64,000 bases of DNA from Nemertoderma westbladi (GCA_032718475.1 JAUCBJ010005606.1:1-64000); one strand, 5' to 3'; counted from the stretch's first letter, positions 37,476 through 50,782 are shown. The notes: generated by a model not told the origin, from the letters alone. Made by a program: numbers and translations.

Positions 37476-38691
37476 AATGAGCTATAATAACTTCATACAA
37501 TGGCAATTACGGAAGAGGTCAGATTGTGGTTCGTTTGACAAGACTGGTTCTGGGCCAGACAGACTACAGTTTGATAGGGGCGTAACGGAAAATGCATAAC
37601 ACCTCACTACACTATAAGCCGGCCGTTAGATGGCCCGGCCAATGTCCATATCTGACTAATATCAATATCAATATGTAATGGCTGGATTCTGGCTTTTTTA
37701 AGAGCAGCGATTTTTGTATGTCCGTTCTTTTGACTTTTTTTGTCCACATTTATTTACGAATTTACCATTATGACTTTTGTTGTCCACTGAATGGCTTTTT
37801 ATAAACGTGCGCATTTCTTCAAACTGTCAGACTGATGATTTCTGGATTGTCAGATAGTTTATTTTACAGTGCTTACAAATTTAATGACAAAACTAGTAAT
37901 GGCAGCACTAAACATTAGCTTACACATGACAAACGCTTAATTTTATTGTTAGTACTGCGAACTGAAACAAAAATTTTACTAGTTTCAGTTTGAATAAATT
38001 AATATAAAGTAATTAATTTATTAAATCAATTAATGAAATTAATTAAATTAATTTCAGTCTTAAAAAATTCAAGTATCAGTTTCAGTTGAGAAAAATGTCA
38101 AAAACAATTTTAGTTTCAGTTCAGTTCGCAGGGCTACTTATGTTGCAATACTGTATTGACTACTGCTTCGTGAACGCAGACCTCGATTCAGTGGTAGCTC
38201 GCTCGACATAAGAATAGGTAGGAGTAGTACTAAATTAAAATTATTTAATCCGCCGTATCCCCCATCGTGCCTAATTGCCATTACATTATGTCACACATGA
38301 TTGCCACAAGCACTTAACATCAACTATCTGACAATCCAGAAATCATCAGTCTGACAGTTTGAAGAAATGCGCACGTATATAAAAAGCCATTCAGTGGACA
38401 ACAAAAGTCATTATGGTAAATTCGTAAATAAATGCGGACAAAGAAGTCAAAAGAACGGACATACAAAAATCACTGCTCTTAAAAACGGCAGAATCCAGCC
38501 ATTGCTAGTCAGATATGGACATTGGCCGGGCCAGCTAACGGCCGGCTTATAGTGTAGTGAAGTTGTTATGAATTTTCCGTTACACCCCTATCAAACTGTA
38601 GTCTGACTGGCCCAGAACCAGTCTTGTCAAACGAACCACAATCTGACCTCTTCCGTAATTGCCATTGTATGAAGTTATTATAGCTCATTGT
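37474..38691. mobile_element. MITE with ~380-bp terminal inverted repeats and a nested small inverted-repeat element (~37950-38140)
   Basis: acaatgagctataataacttcatacaatggc... (37474-37860) is the reverse complement of 38322-38691. Inner pair ctgcgaactgaa / ttcagttcgcag. Confidence 0.85.
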
Positions 38692-39178
38692 CTTCTAATA
38701 TGTAGCTCATTCTAGGTTATCCTACTATGGGACTAACAGTAAATAGCTGTGTATAGATGAGTATAGATAGGAGAATCTATGTTTTATTAACTGAGCATAG
38801 GTGAATCTATATTATATTAGCTGAGTATATGTGAGTATGGATAAATTGTAGGCATATGGCCGGTTAAACTGGTAGGCATAGTAGTTCCTAACCTAAATAT
38901 TTTTAAAGCCACAATTTTATCAGTATCAGTGCAGCATACTCTGATACTGCCTTTACCATTAATTGACAGCCGTAGCCGTAGCCGCAGCCGCATAGGCCTA
39001 ACTGCCTACATAGAGGAGTGCCTGCATATATACTGGTACAGTATATCATGATTCATGTCATTGCCAGCCATATTATCTAATATCCTAGTTTTTAACATTT
39101 TTAGCCGATTTCCTAGGAATTAGTGTTACTGACTAATTTTGCTTAAAGCCTGCAACATATATACTAGAAGCAATAACA

Positions 39179-41572
39179 CGTTCGTGGGGCCATCGCGCAG
39201 GACGAGGCTCAGTTATCAGATACAGATTAAAATTGAGCGACTGCATCACAAAATCAGGTTTTGAGAAATTTACCCACACCACCAATCAATCAAAGAAAGG
39301 GGGACAGTACGTGTTCACCCCTTTTAATCTGCACCCCCCCCCCCCCCACCCTTCCCACCCACCAGTAATTTATAACTACCGATGCCTTCAACACAGTAGG
39401 CAGTACTCGTCTTCATTATTATAAACGTCGTTGTGCTCGTCCTGTTTTGTATTTAAACATATTTCATAAACGCAAACTGACAGACGATCTTTATAACTAC
39501 CGATGCCTTCAATAGGCGAAGCCAGGTATGGTTAATAGGAACATAGTCTACGCAGTACTGGTCTTCATTATATGCCTCGCTGCGCTCGTCGCTCGTCCTG
39601 TTTTGCATTAAAATATTTTTCCTAAACGCAGACTGACGATCTTTATACAGTTATAAATATGCGAAGTTTCGAAACTGTGCGAGTAACTGCTGATACATCT
39701 ATGTGGATATGTGTGATATGTGGAGATGTGTGATACAACGCCAACGCATCTTATGCCGATGTAGTAATATGGGTATTGAAATAATATTAAATTAATGTAC
39801 ACTCTTAAAGCTGCAGCGAAAATATGTAGCTAATTTCCTAGGTTACATATAAAATAATAATATTATTTTTAAGAACATTAATTTTACTACTTTGCAAAAA
39901 TTCAATTAAAAAATAACCAGACAAATATATTGCGGAATAAACTACTTCAGATATAAGCCTACAACAGCCATGAGTATTTATGTCATTATATCGTCTTCAC
40001 TTGCGATAGTAAGTAATACAACATTTATAGTATAGAGTCAATAGGAATTGAAATACAGGCAGTGTGGTTGGAGTTATGTCTGTGTTGCTATAGCAATACC
40101 ACTGGCTGCCTATTACAGTACAATTCCCCTCTGCCCTGGTGCCAGCTAGCAGCTCTACACCCCCGCAGAGACTATGTTGACTAATAATGGGCAGGATTAA
40201 ATTTATACTCAATAATTGTGCCGCTTTAATTACGTTTAGATCAATTAAAGACACATTTATTAAAGCAAATCACTTGAACTAATTAAAAACTATAATGGAA
40301 TGTTGTATGGGGATTACAGATTTAAGTATAATTATTTAAATCTTATACTACAGTAGAAAATAATTAATATCCTTTAAGGAGGCAGGTTGAAATTGATGTT
40401 TTTACCCTAATCAACTTAATTAACTAATTAACTGCTATTATCTTAGCTTCTCGAAGGCCACGCGAAAATTCAACTTGGATAATTTCTAAACTTTGGCCAG
40501 ACTACATGTGTACCAAGTTTGGTTAAATTTCATTAACATTTGGTTGAGTTATTAACGTTTAAAATTGGACACGACAGAACAACAGAACAACAGATCGACA
40601 GATCAACAGAGCAACAGACACACCGATTGAGTTAGTGGTATCTGTATGCTAAGCTCGCTTACTTTCGTCGCTCGCCCCACAGAACAACAGATCGACAGAT
40701 CAACAGAGCAACAGACACACCGATTGAGTTAGTGGTATCTGTATGCTAAGCTCGCTTACTTTCGTCGCTCGCCCCACAGAACAACAGATCAACAGAACAA
40801 CAGAGCAACAGACACACCGATTGAGTTAGTGGTACCTGTATGCTAAGCTCGCTTACTTTCGTCGCTCGCCCCACAGAACAACAGATCAACAGAACAACAG
40901 AGCAACAGACACACCGATTGAGTTAGTGGTACCTGTATGCTAAGATCGCTTACTTTCGTCGCTCGCCCCACAGAACAACAGATCAACAGAACAACAGAGC
41001 AACAGACACACCGATTGAGTTAGTGGTACCTGTATGCTGAGCTCGCTTAATTTCGTCGCTCGCCCCACAGAACAACAGATCAACAGAACAACAGAGCAAC
41101 AGACACACCGATTGAGTTAGTGGTACCTGTATGCTGAGCTCGCTTTCTTTCGTCGCTCGCCCCACAGAACAACAGATCAACAGAACAACAGAGCAACAGA
41201 CACACCGATTGAGTTAGTGGTACCTGTATGCTAAGATCGCTTACTTTCGTCGCTCGCCCCACAGAACAACAGATCAACAGAACAACAGAGCAACAGAACA
41301 ACAGACACACCGATTGAGTTAGTGGTACCTGTATGCTAAGCTCGCTTACTTTCGTCGCTCGCCCCACAACAGACACACCGATTGAGTTAGTGGTACCTGT
41401 ATGCTAAGCTCGCTTACTTTCGTCGCTCGCCCCACAACAGACACACCGATTGAGTTAGTGGTACCTGTATGCTAAGCTCGCTTACTTTCGTCGCTCGCCC
41501 CACAACAGACACACCGATTGAGTTAGTGGTACCTGTATGCTAAGCTCGCTTACTTTCGTCGCTCGCCCCACA
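39179..41572. mobile_element. Non-autonomous Helentron/HINE-like element with tandemly amplified 3' end
   Basis: Family 5' motif gttcgtggggccatcgcgcaggacgaggctcagttatcagatacag; ends in an array of units terminating gctcgccccac. Confidence 0.55.
40574..41572. repeat. Tandem array, 11 copies of a 68-bp core (period mostly 97 bp, last three 68 bp)
   Basis: Core agacacaccgattgagttagtggtacctgtatgctaagctcgcttactttcgtcgctcgccccac starts at 40616, 40713, 40810, 40907, 41004, 41101, 41198, 41303, 41371, 41439 and 41507, separated by (ACAG/AACAG)-type linkers. Confidence 0.92.
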
Positions 41573-41962
41573 CTACAAGGAGATGTACATGTTTGCATAA
41601 TCACTTCAGTGGGCCGACATTCCGGCCATCTCATTAAAAATTATCATTTTAGCCTTATATATCGTTATCCAATGAATGAAGTTTTTATAAAATTATCCAT
41701 AATAAAATTCGAATTTATTTTTCGAATAAGCTCTTGATTTAGATTTGTATAGAACATATTCCTAGTTCCTACCTCATTACAACAGATACCAGTACTCTAA
41801 TTTACAACTGTTGAATGAAATGTAGTCAGTTATTACTATTTTATTTCTGAGGTTCAGATTTCCTGTACATTCTGTCGATTTGTGTTCTATTAAAAAAAAT
41901 ATTATTCTGTATATTTTACAATAATGGTTCAAATAATGCAATCTTGATTGTTATATGATATA

Positions 41963-44839
41963 ATGCTACGATACTGCATAAATACTGTTTTCCTATATAT
42001 TTTAATCTTAATTGCTCATACCAGTTATTCTTTAGCTTTGGAAACTATTGTTCAGAGTAGAGATAGCAAAAGTGAACTCAGTGAAGAATACAAGAAGGAC
42101 TCTGTTGACTGCAGTTGTTCATCTAATCAGGACCCATGTCATCTAAGATCCCGAGATATACTTAAAGGGGAAGAATATGTGAGCTGCACAAATTCAAATG
42201 GAGAACGTAATGAATGGTTCTATGGAGGTCAAAGGTTAACACCTGATGAATTTATCAAACCGGATGAGACAAGATTTTATATAACTAGTGTCGATTATTG
42301 GAAATATAACACATCGCCATTAGTATGCAAAACAAAGAAGAAGAGACAGAAAAAATGCAAAATATCACTCATTATAGAATATCCTGCAGAAAAGGTTCAA
42401 GTATATCATGGTATATTGCCGTTGACAGATCTAAGAGTTAAGATCGGTGATGATGTTGTGTTACGATGCAAATATACAGATGGTTATCCTAAGACACAAA
42501 CCCATCTATGGTATAAAGATGATGCTATTTTACCAGGTGATTTCTCCAATACGCTTTCCATTACAGATATTTTGAAAACAGATGCAGGACGATACAAATG
42601 TGCTGCTAAAACAACATATAGCTTTGGGTCTGATTACGACATAATTCAGTCAAACAGTGGAAAAATTACAGTTGAATATTGTGATAATGTCAGACTATTT
42701 TTTAGCTATAAATTTGAAAAACCACAAGCCGATAGCATCTCAAAATTCAAAGTAACAATTGTAGTTGGGGAATTTGCGAAGTTTATGTGGAGATTCAAGT
42801 CAACAACTAATATGTTTTTCATATGGAATGGAGAAGCAACACAAGAGTTCGGACAATCACTTGAATTTCCAGCTACAAAGGAGAGTAAAGGTGTCATAAA
42901 TACTGAGGCAGAATGCAGTTTCCAGTGTGAAGATTGCCGTTCTGTAAGTTACAGAGCACAAATAGATATTGATACAATATACTGCATCGATGCAAAGCTA
43001 CGAATTACCACCAATGGAGAAGCACCCCTAAAGCTAAATGATGGAAGCTTCCTTGTTATGAAAGACAGTGACGTTGTGATGCAACTAGAGGTTGATGCTA
43101 ATATAGACCACCAATTTGCCTGGAATGGACCTGGAATTCGTTCATTGGTTGAATCCTTTAATAAATCCAAACAACATTTTCAAGCAACACCAAATAGAAA
43201 TGGCAAATTCGGTGCAACAGTTTCTTGTTTTTACAATTTCGAATTCGAATATGAAAACCACCATAATTTTGATTTTAACTTAACAGTTGGAGTGTCTCCA
43301 GATTTGGAAATAGAAAAACAAGACATGTATGTTGATAAATCAGGTAATGTAACCATGATGTGTAAAGCCGTGAGCAATCCACCACCTACCGGAGTTTATG
43401 GGGCTGTGCACTGGCGATATAATGATCCAAATAGTTCTCCAATTCAAGCAGATAACCGAAAGACATTCCTTTCAATAGACTCGCAGGATATATCAAGTAA
43501 TGGCATTATTACACATTGGAATACTGAAACATTTTTAAAAATAACAAATATTGAAGTAAAAGATGCTGGAATATATTATTGTGATTTCATTAATGGCGTT
43601 GGAATACTTGGAAGTGGTGTAATTTCCCTGCATGTCAGATCTGAACCAGAAAGTATTGATGTAAGTTCATTGGAAGTCAAGTATATCAATGCATCAACCA
43701 TGGAAATAACATGGAATGAAACCTTTAATGGTGGTTATGCACAATATTATCTGATAGAGTTATATAGTCTACAACAAGATATAAATAATGATACATCTCC
43801 AAATTTAATGCAGTCGTTAAATCTAACAAACAGAAGATTTGTTCAAGGAGGAATTAGTGATAGGCATTCCTATGAAATAATTTGTCAATCATGCAACCAA
43901 CTAGGTTGCAGTAGAAAGAACAATGCCTTTATTCAGTACGATTATAATGCAGAGAAATTAACTGGTGGTTCATCAGCTGGAACGACAATTGTCATTGCAG
44001 TCGTGGTGTCAGTAACTATAATTGTAATCATGGTTGTTGCTTTGTATTATTTTGTAATCCGAGTTGCATCTAGACGTTCTGATAATTTGAAACAAGTTGA
44101 AAATCCGACAAAGCAAGGAAACTCACAGGCAGTTGTGGGTGATGATGAGTATATAGTGTATGATGTAAACAAAAGAGCAAGCAACAGGAAATCTCTCACT
44201 GAGTATGCGCTCCGAAACAAACATAATTCTGATGAATCTTTACATCCAAAAGAGATAAACATGAACAAAGATGCGGCTGATTTGTATGCAGAGTATGCAG
44301 TTTCTGGAGGATCAATGGAAAATCTAAAGAGAGAATTGGAAACAATCAATAATAAATCACCTCATAGAAATACATATGTGATTGATAACTCTCGACCAGC
44401 AAGAATCACAGAAAATAATAGTAACATCTTTGGTGTCAAGTTACCAGCATTAACAGATCACCATAATCAAACTACAAGTGAAGATATATACAGCAACGGA
44501 GATTATTTGGAACTAGAAAGTGAAACTTACTACGATGTGAATTCCTTCAAAGAGAAGACACAGCCATCGTCAGTAATGAAGCAAGGTGGATTCTTTAAAT
44601 CAGTGAAGGGTCTTAGGAAGAAGTTATTGGTTGTTAATAAGAATGGCCCGGATGCCAATGTACCAAGTACCAGTGATCACGAATATTTCGTCTATGACAA
44701 TAAATCTCAGTTATGCACCCAGGGAGTAGCACCAGTAAAATCAATAATCGAAGCTGATGATGACCAACCTGATATAAGTAATGAACTATATTTTGTGTTG
44801 GAGCAAGATGCAGTTGACGAATATTCTGTTTACGGATAA
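41963..44839 (+). CDS. Intronless IgSF type I transmembrane receptor, paralogue C (shorter tail)
   Basis: ATG at 41963 (the ORF track starts at an upstream TTG, 41948); 958 aa; signal peptide, same Cys and Ig pattern (DAGRYKC, DAGIYYCDFINGVG), FN3 (ITWNETFNGGYAQYYLIELY), TM TIVIAVVVSVTIIVIMVVALYYFVI. Confidence 0.88.
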   Translation: MLRYCINTVFLYILILIAHTSYSLALETIVQSRDSKSELSEEYKKDSVDCSCSSNQDPCHLRSRDILKGEEYVSCTNSNGERNEWFYGGQRLTPDEFIKPDETRFYITSVDYWKYNTSPLVCKTKKKRQKKCKISLIIEYPAEKVQVYHGILPLTDLRVKIGDDVVLRCKYTDGYPKTQTHLWYKDDAILPGDFSNTLSITDILKTDAGRYKCAAKTTYSFGSDYDIIQSNSGKITVEYCDNVRLFFSYKFEKPQADSISKFKVTIVVGEFAKFMWRFKSTTNMFFIWNGEATQEFGQSLEFPATKESKGVINTEAECSFQCEDCRSVSYRAQIDIDTIYCIDAKLRITTNGEAPLKLNDGSFLVMKDSDVVMQLEVDANIDHQFAWNGPGIRSLVESFNKSKQHFQATPNRNGKFGATVSCFYNFEFEYENHHNFDFNLTVGVSPDLEIEKQDMYVDKSGNVTMMCKAVSNPPPTGVYGAVHWRYNDPNSSPIQADNRKTFLSIDSQDISSNGIITHWNTETFLKITNIEVKDAGIYYCDFINGVGILGSGVISLHVRSEPESIDVSSLEVKYINASTMEITWNETFNGGYAQYYLIELYSLQQDINNDTSPNLMQSLNLTNRRFVQGGISDRHSYEIICQSCNQLGCSRKNNAFIQYDYNAEKLTGGSSAGTTIVIAVVVSVTIIVIMVVALYYFVIRVASRRSDNLKQVENPTKQGNSQAVVGDDEYIVYDVNKRASNRKSLTEYALRNKHNSDESLHPKEINMNKDAADLYAEYAVSGGSMENLKRELETINNKSPHRNTYVIDNSRPARITENNSNIFGVKLPALTDHHNQTTSEDIYSNGDYLELESETYYDVNSFKEKTQPSSVMKQGGFFKSVKGLRKKLLVVNKNGPDANVPSTSDHEYFVYDNKSQLCTQGVAPVKSIIEADDDQPDISNELYFVLEQDAVDEYSVYG

Positions 44840-45099
44840 GAAATATGTGCGGCCTTTAGAACAATATATAAGTATTATTATAGTTTATTAATATTCAAAG
44901 TTAATGAGAAAATTAATGTAAATTGATATGATAATTATTTATAGAAAGTTAAAGTAAAAAATGGGTTAAAGTTAAATGCATTTCTAAAATCTTCATAACA
45001 ACCAGTTTCTACTGTACAATGAAATGACTAGAGGTAGAATATAACTTTATATGAGTTATAATTACTTAGAGCAGTGTATATTAATAATGTCCATTCTTT

Positions 45100-48000
45100 A
45101 GGAGTTACAATGTTACGGGATTATCTCTATATCCACTTCGCCACACCAGAAACCAATTCACTCTATTAGCAATCAGCCGTAGAATTGCAACTACGATCTA
45201 AGAAGAACATGAATGCAGAAATGGCATACCACACAGTTACTACTTACGAGTCTCATAAAGAACTTTAACAAGAAGCATTCACACATCTATACATATACAA
45301 TCAATCTGTCCGCAAGCGTTCGATATAGTCCTTTATGAGAAACAATTCCATAAACTTGACAATCACAGGTCAATGTCACACTGACATCTACCATTGAAGA
45401 ATATTACAAAAACTCAGTGACATATTTGAGAACTAGCAGATACCAATATAACAAACAAATCAAATTACAAGAGGGGGTTCGTCAAGTGGGTGTGCTCCCA
45501 GCTCTATTATTTAACATCTACATCTCGGATCTCATAGACTCACTCATTGACAGTGGACTAGGTGTTCACATTAATACCTATTCCTAGTATCAAATGCAGA
45601 CAATATAATTTTACTAGCCAACATAAAGTCACACTAATACAATTAATTAACTTCGCTGACGCCTTCTTCGAGAAAACAACCTCCACGAGAACACTACTAA
45701 ATGACACCTTTTATCAATAAATCCAAACGGAACCTCATCAACTACAGATGAACTCTATCTTGAACACGATTGTAAATCGGAGAAGAGAATAAAATATATG
45801 GGTCTACCACTGCGCCCCCCCCCCCCCCCCCCCCCCCATTCACATCACAACAAACAACATATTGTTGGGAAGATATGGGAACATGTGATGATGATGAATC
45901 GACGAGGCTTAAAGCCTGACACATTACCTCTAGAGATTACTACTCTCGTCTGGCACACTTTGGCTGTCCCTAGTATAATCTATGCCTCTTCTGCCTTATT
46001 TACAGAAGTCATTGATGAAATAGCTGGGAAATGCAGGAGTGCAATGCGTGACATTCTTTGTCTCGAAAATAGAGTTTCAAATAACCTCCTTAGTGACCTA
46101 TACGACCTGGATGTTGAACGAACAATACGTTCCAACCAATCACGAGTAATCTGAGTAAGGCAACGATTTTGAACATTTCTTCGCGATCTTCGCAAACGTC
46201 GCGATCTTCGCGATATTTTGTGTTTACCAATACTATAGGGGAGCTTCGTGAACGTCGCGATCTTCGCGAAATTTTGTGTTTACCAATACTATAGGGGAGC
46301 TTCGCAAACGTCGCGATCTTCGCGAAATTTTGTGTTTACCAATACTAAAGGTGGAGCTTCGATAAAAAAATTTCTCAACCTTTAATAATATTATTTATTA
46401 ATACCATTATAGGTACAGCGACGCAAAAATAGCAAAATTTCTGGAAGGCCTACACAAATACATGGACTTCTAGAATACAATTTTATACCATCTGTCTGTA
46501 TATATATAACATTCTAGAATTCTGTGAACAATACTAATACTAATAGTGTCATATATATACTATAGAACATGTTAGCTATTTCATTTAAAAAAAAAATATT
46601 TCTCTAGAACTAATAATATATTTTATTCTAGAAACATTTTAAAAAATATATTTTTCATTATAGATTTTATTACTTTTTAAAAAATGTTCTAGAACATTCG
46701 CGAAGATCGCGACGTTTGCGAAGTTCCACCTATTCACCTAGGTGAACCCGACATTCTATTCAGCAATACTATAGGTGGAGAGCGCGAACATCGCGATCTT
46801 CGCGAATTTTGTGTATACCATTTCTATAGGTCGACCATCAGATGCGAAATTTTTATGCGAAGTTCCAAAATTTTGCTAAATTTGAGAAGCAATTCTATAG
46901 GCTTACCGAAAAAATATAAGTAGAACTTTCATTGAAAATGTATGACACAAAACCAAATGTTTGTCATAGCAGTACTGGAACACTGTTCTTTCACTTAGCT
47001 ATGAAATATATTCTAAATAATACCAGTACTGTACTCGCGGTTCGCGGCTAAACTACACGAAACTGTACTCGTATTGTATCATATCTTTATAAAATATGAA
47101 TAGTTTATTTGTGTTCTCCTCTAGAATATAGACATTCATGGATACAGCACATTATTGTTGCTGGCCTTTTTAGTATACAATTCATAATTGTTTTAAATAT
47201 AAGGAAAGGACTGTAGTGCAAAATTTATATATTAATATTGTTCACCGAATTCTGGAATGTTATATATCTATATATATATTAATATATGGTGTAAAATAAT
47301 ATTCTAGAATTCCATGTATTGGTGTAGTCCTTCCAGAAATTTGGAAATGTTTGCAAAGCCCCGCCTATAGCATTGTTAAATAATATTAATAAAGGTTCTG
47401 ATACTACACAAAAATCGCGACGTTTGCATAATCCTTCGTAAAATTTTCGTAAAACGTTTTAAAACATTCGTCGATTCTTCGTAAAAATTTTGAAGATATT
47501 GTAGAACATATTGGCGATTTATTTAAAAATACTTTTTTCTCTAGAACTAATATATTTTGTTCTAGAACATAAATATTTTAATATAAAACTATAATATTTG
47601 TTATTAATCGATTTTCTTTTATTAAAAAAAAAATATGCTAGAACATTCGCAAAGATCGGGACGTTTGCGAAGCTCAACCTATAGTATTGTTAAACACAAA
47701 ATATCGCGACGTTTGCGAAATTTCGCGTTTTTCGCAATCTTCGCAAAAATCGCGACGTTTGCGAAGATCGCGAAAATCGCGAAGAATTGTTCAAAATCGT
47801 TGCCCTAATGAGTAATCTACAACATGTTCAACTGTGGAAATAGAAAAATTCAATATATAATAATGCATGACCTTGTTAGACACTGGACAACTAGTGCCAT
47901 ATTTAGCTCACATCAAAAAACCAGCTGGATGTATAATTTGCCATCTCTGAACTCCTTTGCGATGTCAGAATATAGCCTCAAAGCATGTTCCACAAGATCA

Positions 48001-48110
48001 AAATCAATACAAGTCATCAATCGCACATATAAAGAAAAATTACAGGCCATGTACTGTAAATCCATCCTGCAGAAATTTATTTATTTAAAATTTATTGAAA
48101 CATTAAGTTG
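45100..48110 (+). mobile_element. Degenerate LINE RT remnant interrupted by a DNA element
   Basis: Remnants QITRGVRQ..C...LLFNIYISDL and LVWHTLAVPSIIYAS; resumes after 47810 where the duplicated gagtaatct is found. Confidence 0.55.
46153..47809. mobile_element. Non-autonomous TIR DNA transposon with subterminal repeats
   Basis: TIR ggcaacgattttgaaca.ttcttcgcgat / atcgcgaagaattgttcaaaatcgttgcc; reiterated cttcgcaaacgtcgcgatcttcgcg units; flanked by direct repeat (g)agtaatct (8-9 bp TSD). Confidence 0.8.
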
Positions 48111-48386
48111 ACTATGACTACCTTGTATGTCGTAATCTTGTGTGATTGGATAGATTTATATAAGTTGTATACATTATAATGTGCCATCATTAATCTCCAG
48201 AGTATTTGTTTTTTATCTTTTTTCTATGCCTCGTATATACATACAGTAATAGATTGACCCTTTTAAAATTTGTACGTATATACCTGCAATAAATAATATT
48301 ATTACAGCCACTGGGGGCGTTCAATCGATGATCAATGTTCAATGAACATGAGATCAATCAATCAATCAATGTTTAATAAAGGAGAT

Positions 48387-49767
48387 GGTAATGGTGAAAA
48401 ATATCGAGACTTGAATAATATCGAGAGTAAAAATAACGAGAGTAAAAATATCGAGAGTAAAAATAGCACGAGATGAAAAATATCGAAAATAACGAGTGTT
48501 GAAAAATATCGAGAGTAAAAATATAGAGTGTTGAATAATATCGAGAGTAAAAATATAGAGTGTTGAAAAATATCGAGAGTAAAAATATAGAGTGTTGAAA
48601 AATATCGAGAGTAAAAATATAGAGTGTTGAAAAATATCGAGTGTTGAAAAATATCGAGAGTAAAAATATCGAGTGTTGAAAATATCTGGTGTTGAAAAAT
48701 ATCGAGAGTAAAAATATCGAGAGTAAAAATATCGAGTGTTGAAAAATATCGAGAGTAAAAATATCGAGAGTAAAAATATCGAGTGTTGAAAAATATCGAG
48801 TGTTGAAAAATATCGACTGTTGATAAATATCGAGTGTTGAAAAATATCGAGTGTTGAAAATATCGAGTGTTGAAAAATATCGAGTGTTGAAAAATATCGA
48901 GTGTTGAAAAATATCGAGTGTTGAAAAATATCGAGAGTAAAAATATTGCATTTTACTTGAGCATTTTATTTAGAATTATGGAACAATATTGCAGTGCATG
49001 GGTTACAACAGTGCAAGTGAATGGCATTATGTAATACACCTTGGGTACCCAATTACTAGATTTATTATACTAGCTAGTTTTTGCTATATTTTTAATAAAT
49101 ATTATAAAAGAAGTGCTAGCTATAAATTTTGATAAATATTATAAATATTGTTAAATATTATATTAGAACACGTACTGTATAAGCTACCAAATGTTGATAA
49201 ATATTGTTGTTCTAGAACATTTTTAGTAAAAAAAATTATCATACAACCCTTATTTAAAAAAATTGTTACTATCGATATTTTTCATCTCGATATTTTTCAA
49301 CATTCTATATTTTTCAACACTCGATATTTTTACTCTCGATATTTTTCAACACTCGATATTTTTCAACACTCGATATTTTTCAACACTCGACATTTTTACT
49401 CTCGATATTTTTCAACACTCGATATTTTTACTCTCGATATTTTTCAACACTCGATATTTTTACTCTCGATATTTTTCAACACTCGATATTTTTACTCTAG
49501 ATATTTTTCAACACTCGATATTTTTACTCTCGATATTTTTCAACACTCGATATTTTTACTCTCGATATTTTTCAACACTCGATGTTTTTACTCTCGATAT
49601 TTTTCAACACTCGATATTTTTACTCTCGATATTTTTACTCTCGATATTTTTACCCTCGATATTTTTACTCTCGATATTTTTTGAACTCTCGATATTATCG
49701 TTATTTTTCAACACTCGATGTTTTTACTCTCGATATTTTTCATGTCTCGATATTTTTCAATATAACC
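48387..49767. mobile_element. Foldback-type element: inverted arms built from 15-17-bp tandem repeats
   Basis: Left arm (tgttgaaaaatatcgag / agtaaaaatatcgag)n, right arm its reverse complement; GG...CC termini; exact 8-bp TSD aaggagat on both sides. Confidence 0.88.
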
Positions 49768-49877
49768 AAGGAGATTACTACCAAAAATTTCAAGCTAGTA
49801 ATAGGGCCTGGTAGCCACACAAAGGGAAGATCACGTGTTGCGCAATCTATTATATTATCAAAACGGTAAATGTGTTG

Positions 49878-50782
49878 TATATACACCATAACCCTTAATA
49901 CAACAACCATTTTTAGGGGGTCGGAGCTCCCCCCCCCCCCCCCCCCCCCCCTATTTTTTTCAAATTTCTATCAAATGCTACGATATTTGGTATGATGATA
50001 GATGACACCTTTTCTTACTGGAGGCCTGGCCGGATTTTTTAATTTGTGAGCTATTTCGATACAACAAGCCGTTAAAAATCGTCTATTTCGTAATATTTAG
50101 CCATCTACGTCAGCTTTATTTTTCGTCTTTGGAATGAGATCTAGATATCATTCGAAGCGCCTTCATCTGCAGATTCCGAATATGAAACCCGTAGTAAATT
50201 TCACCAAGAACTTCCGGAGATATTATCAAAATACTAAGAGGTAAATTTTGTGACGTAAATCGTTGTAATTCTAATGTTTTTTTTACTCAATTCTATAATA
50301 TTAATTATGGGTAATGAAAATACAAGATGGAGAGTTTTAAACGCTCAGCTAAATAATAATTAATATTCTAGAATAAAGACAAGAAAACATCAGAATTATA
50401 GCGATTTACGTCTCTAAATTTACACATTAGTATTTTGATAATATCTTTACCAATTTTTGGTTAAATTTAAAACGGTTTTCAGATTCGGAATCTACAGACG
50501 CACACGCTTCGAATGATATCTAGATTACATTTCAAAGACGTAAAATAAAGTCTACGGAGGTGGTTAAACATTGCTAAATGGACATTTTTTAAGGGATTGT
50601 TGTATGGAAATAACTGAGAAATTGAAAAATCCGGCCAGGCCACCAGTAAGAAAAGGTGTCGATCTATCATCATACCCAATTTCGTAGCATTTGATTGAAA
50701 TTTGAAAAAAAATTCGAGGGGGGGGGGGGGGGGCTCCGACTCCCTAAAAATGGTTGTTGTATTAAGGGTTATGGTGTATATA
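49878..50782. mobile_element. Palindromic MITE with TA flanks (Tc1/mariner-like)
   Basis: tatatacaccataacccttaatacaacaaccatttttaggg... mirrored by ...ccctaaaaatggttgttgtattaagggttatggtgtatata; the arms extend ~400 bp. Confidence 0.85.

Noticed and set aside
40574-41572. CRISPR-like look of regularly spaced repeats
   Set aside because: Linkers are near-identical ACAG-rich microsatellite rather than unique spacers, the repeat is 68 bp, there are no cas genes, and the context is eukaryotic.
48373-49869. ORFs with STLDIF/NTRYF repeats
   Set aside because: Translations of foldback-arm tandem repeats.
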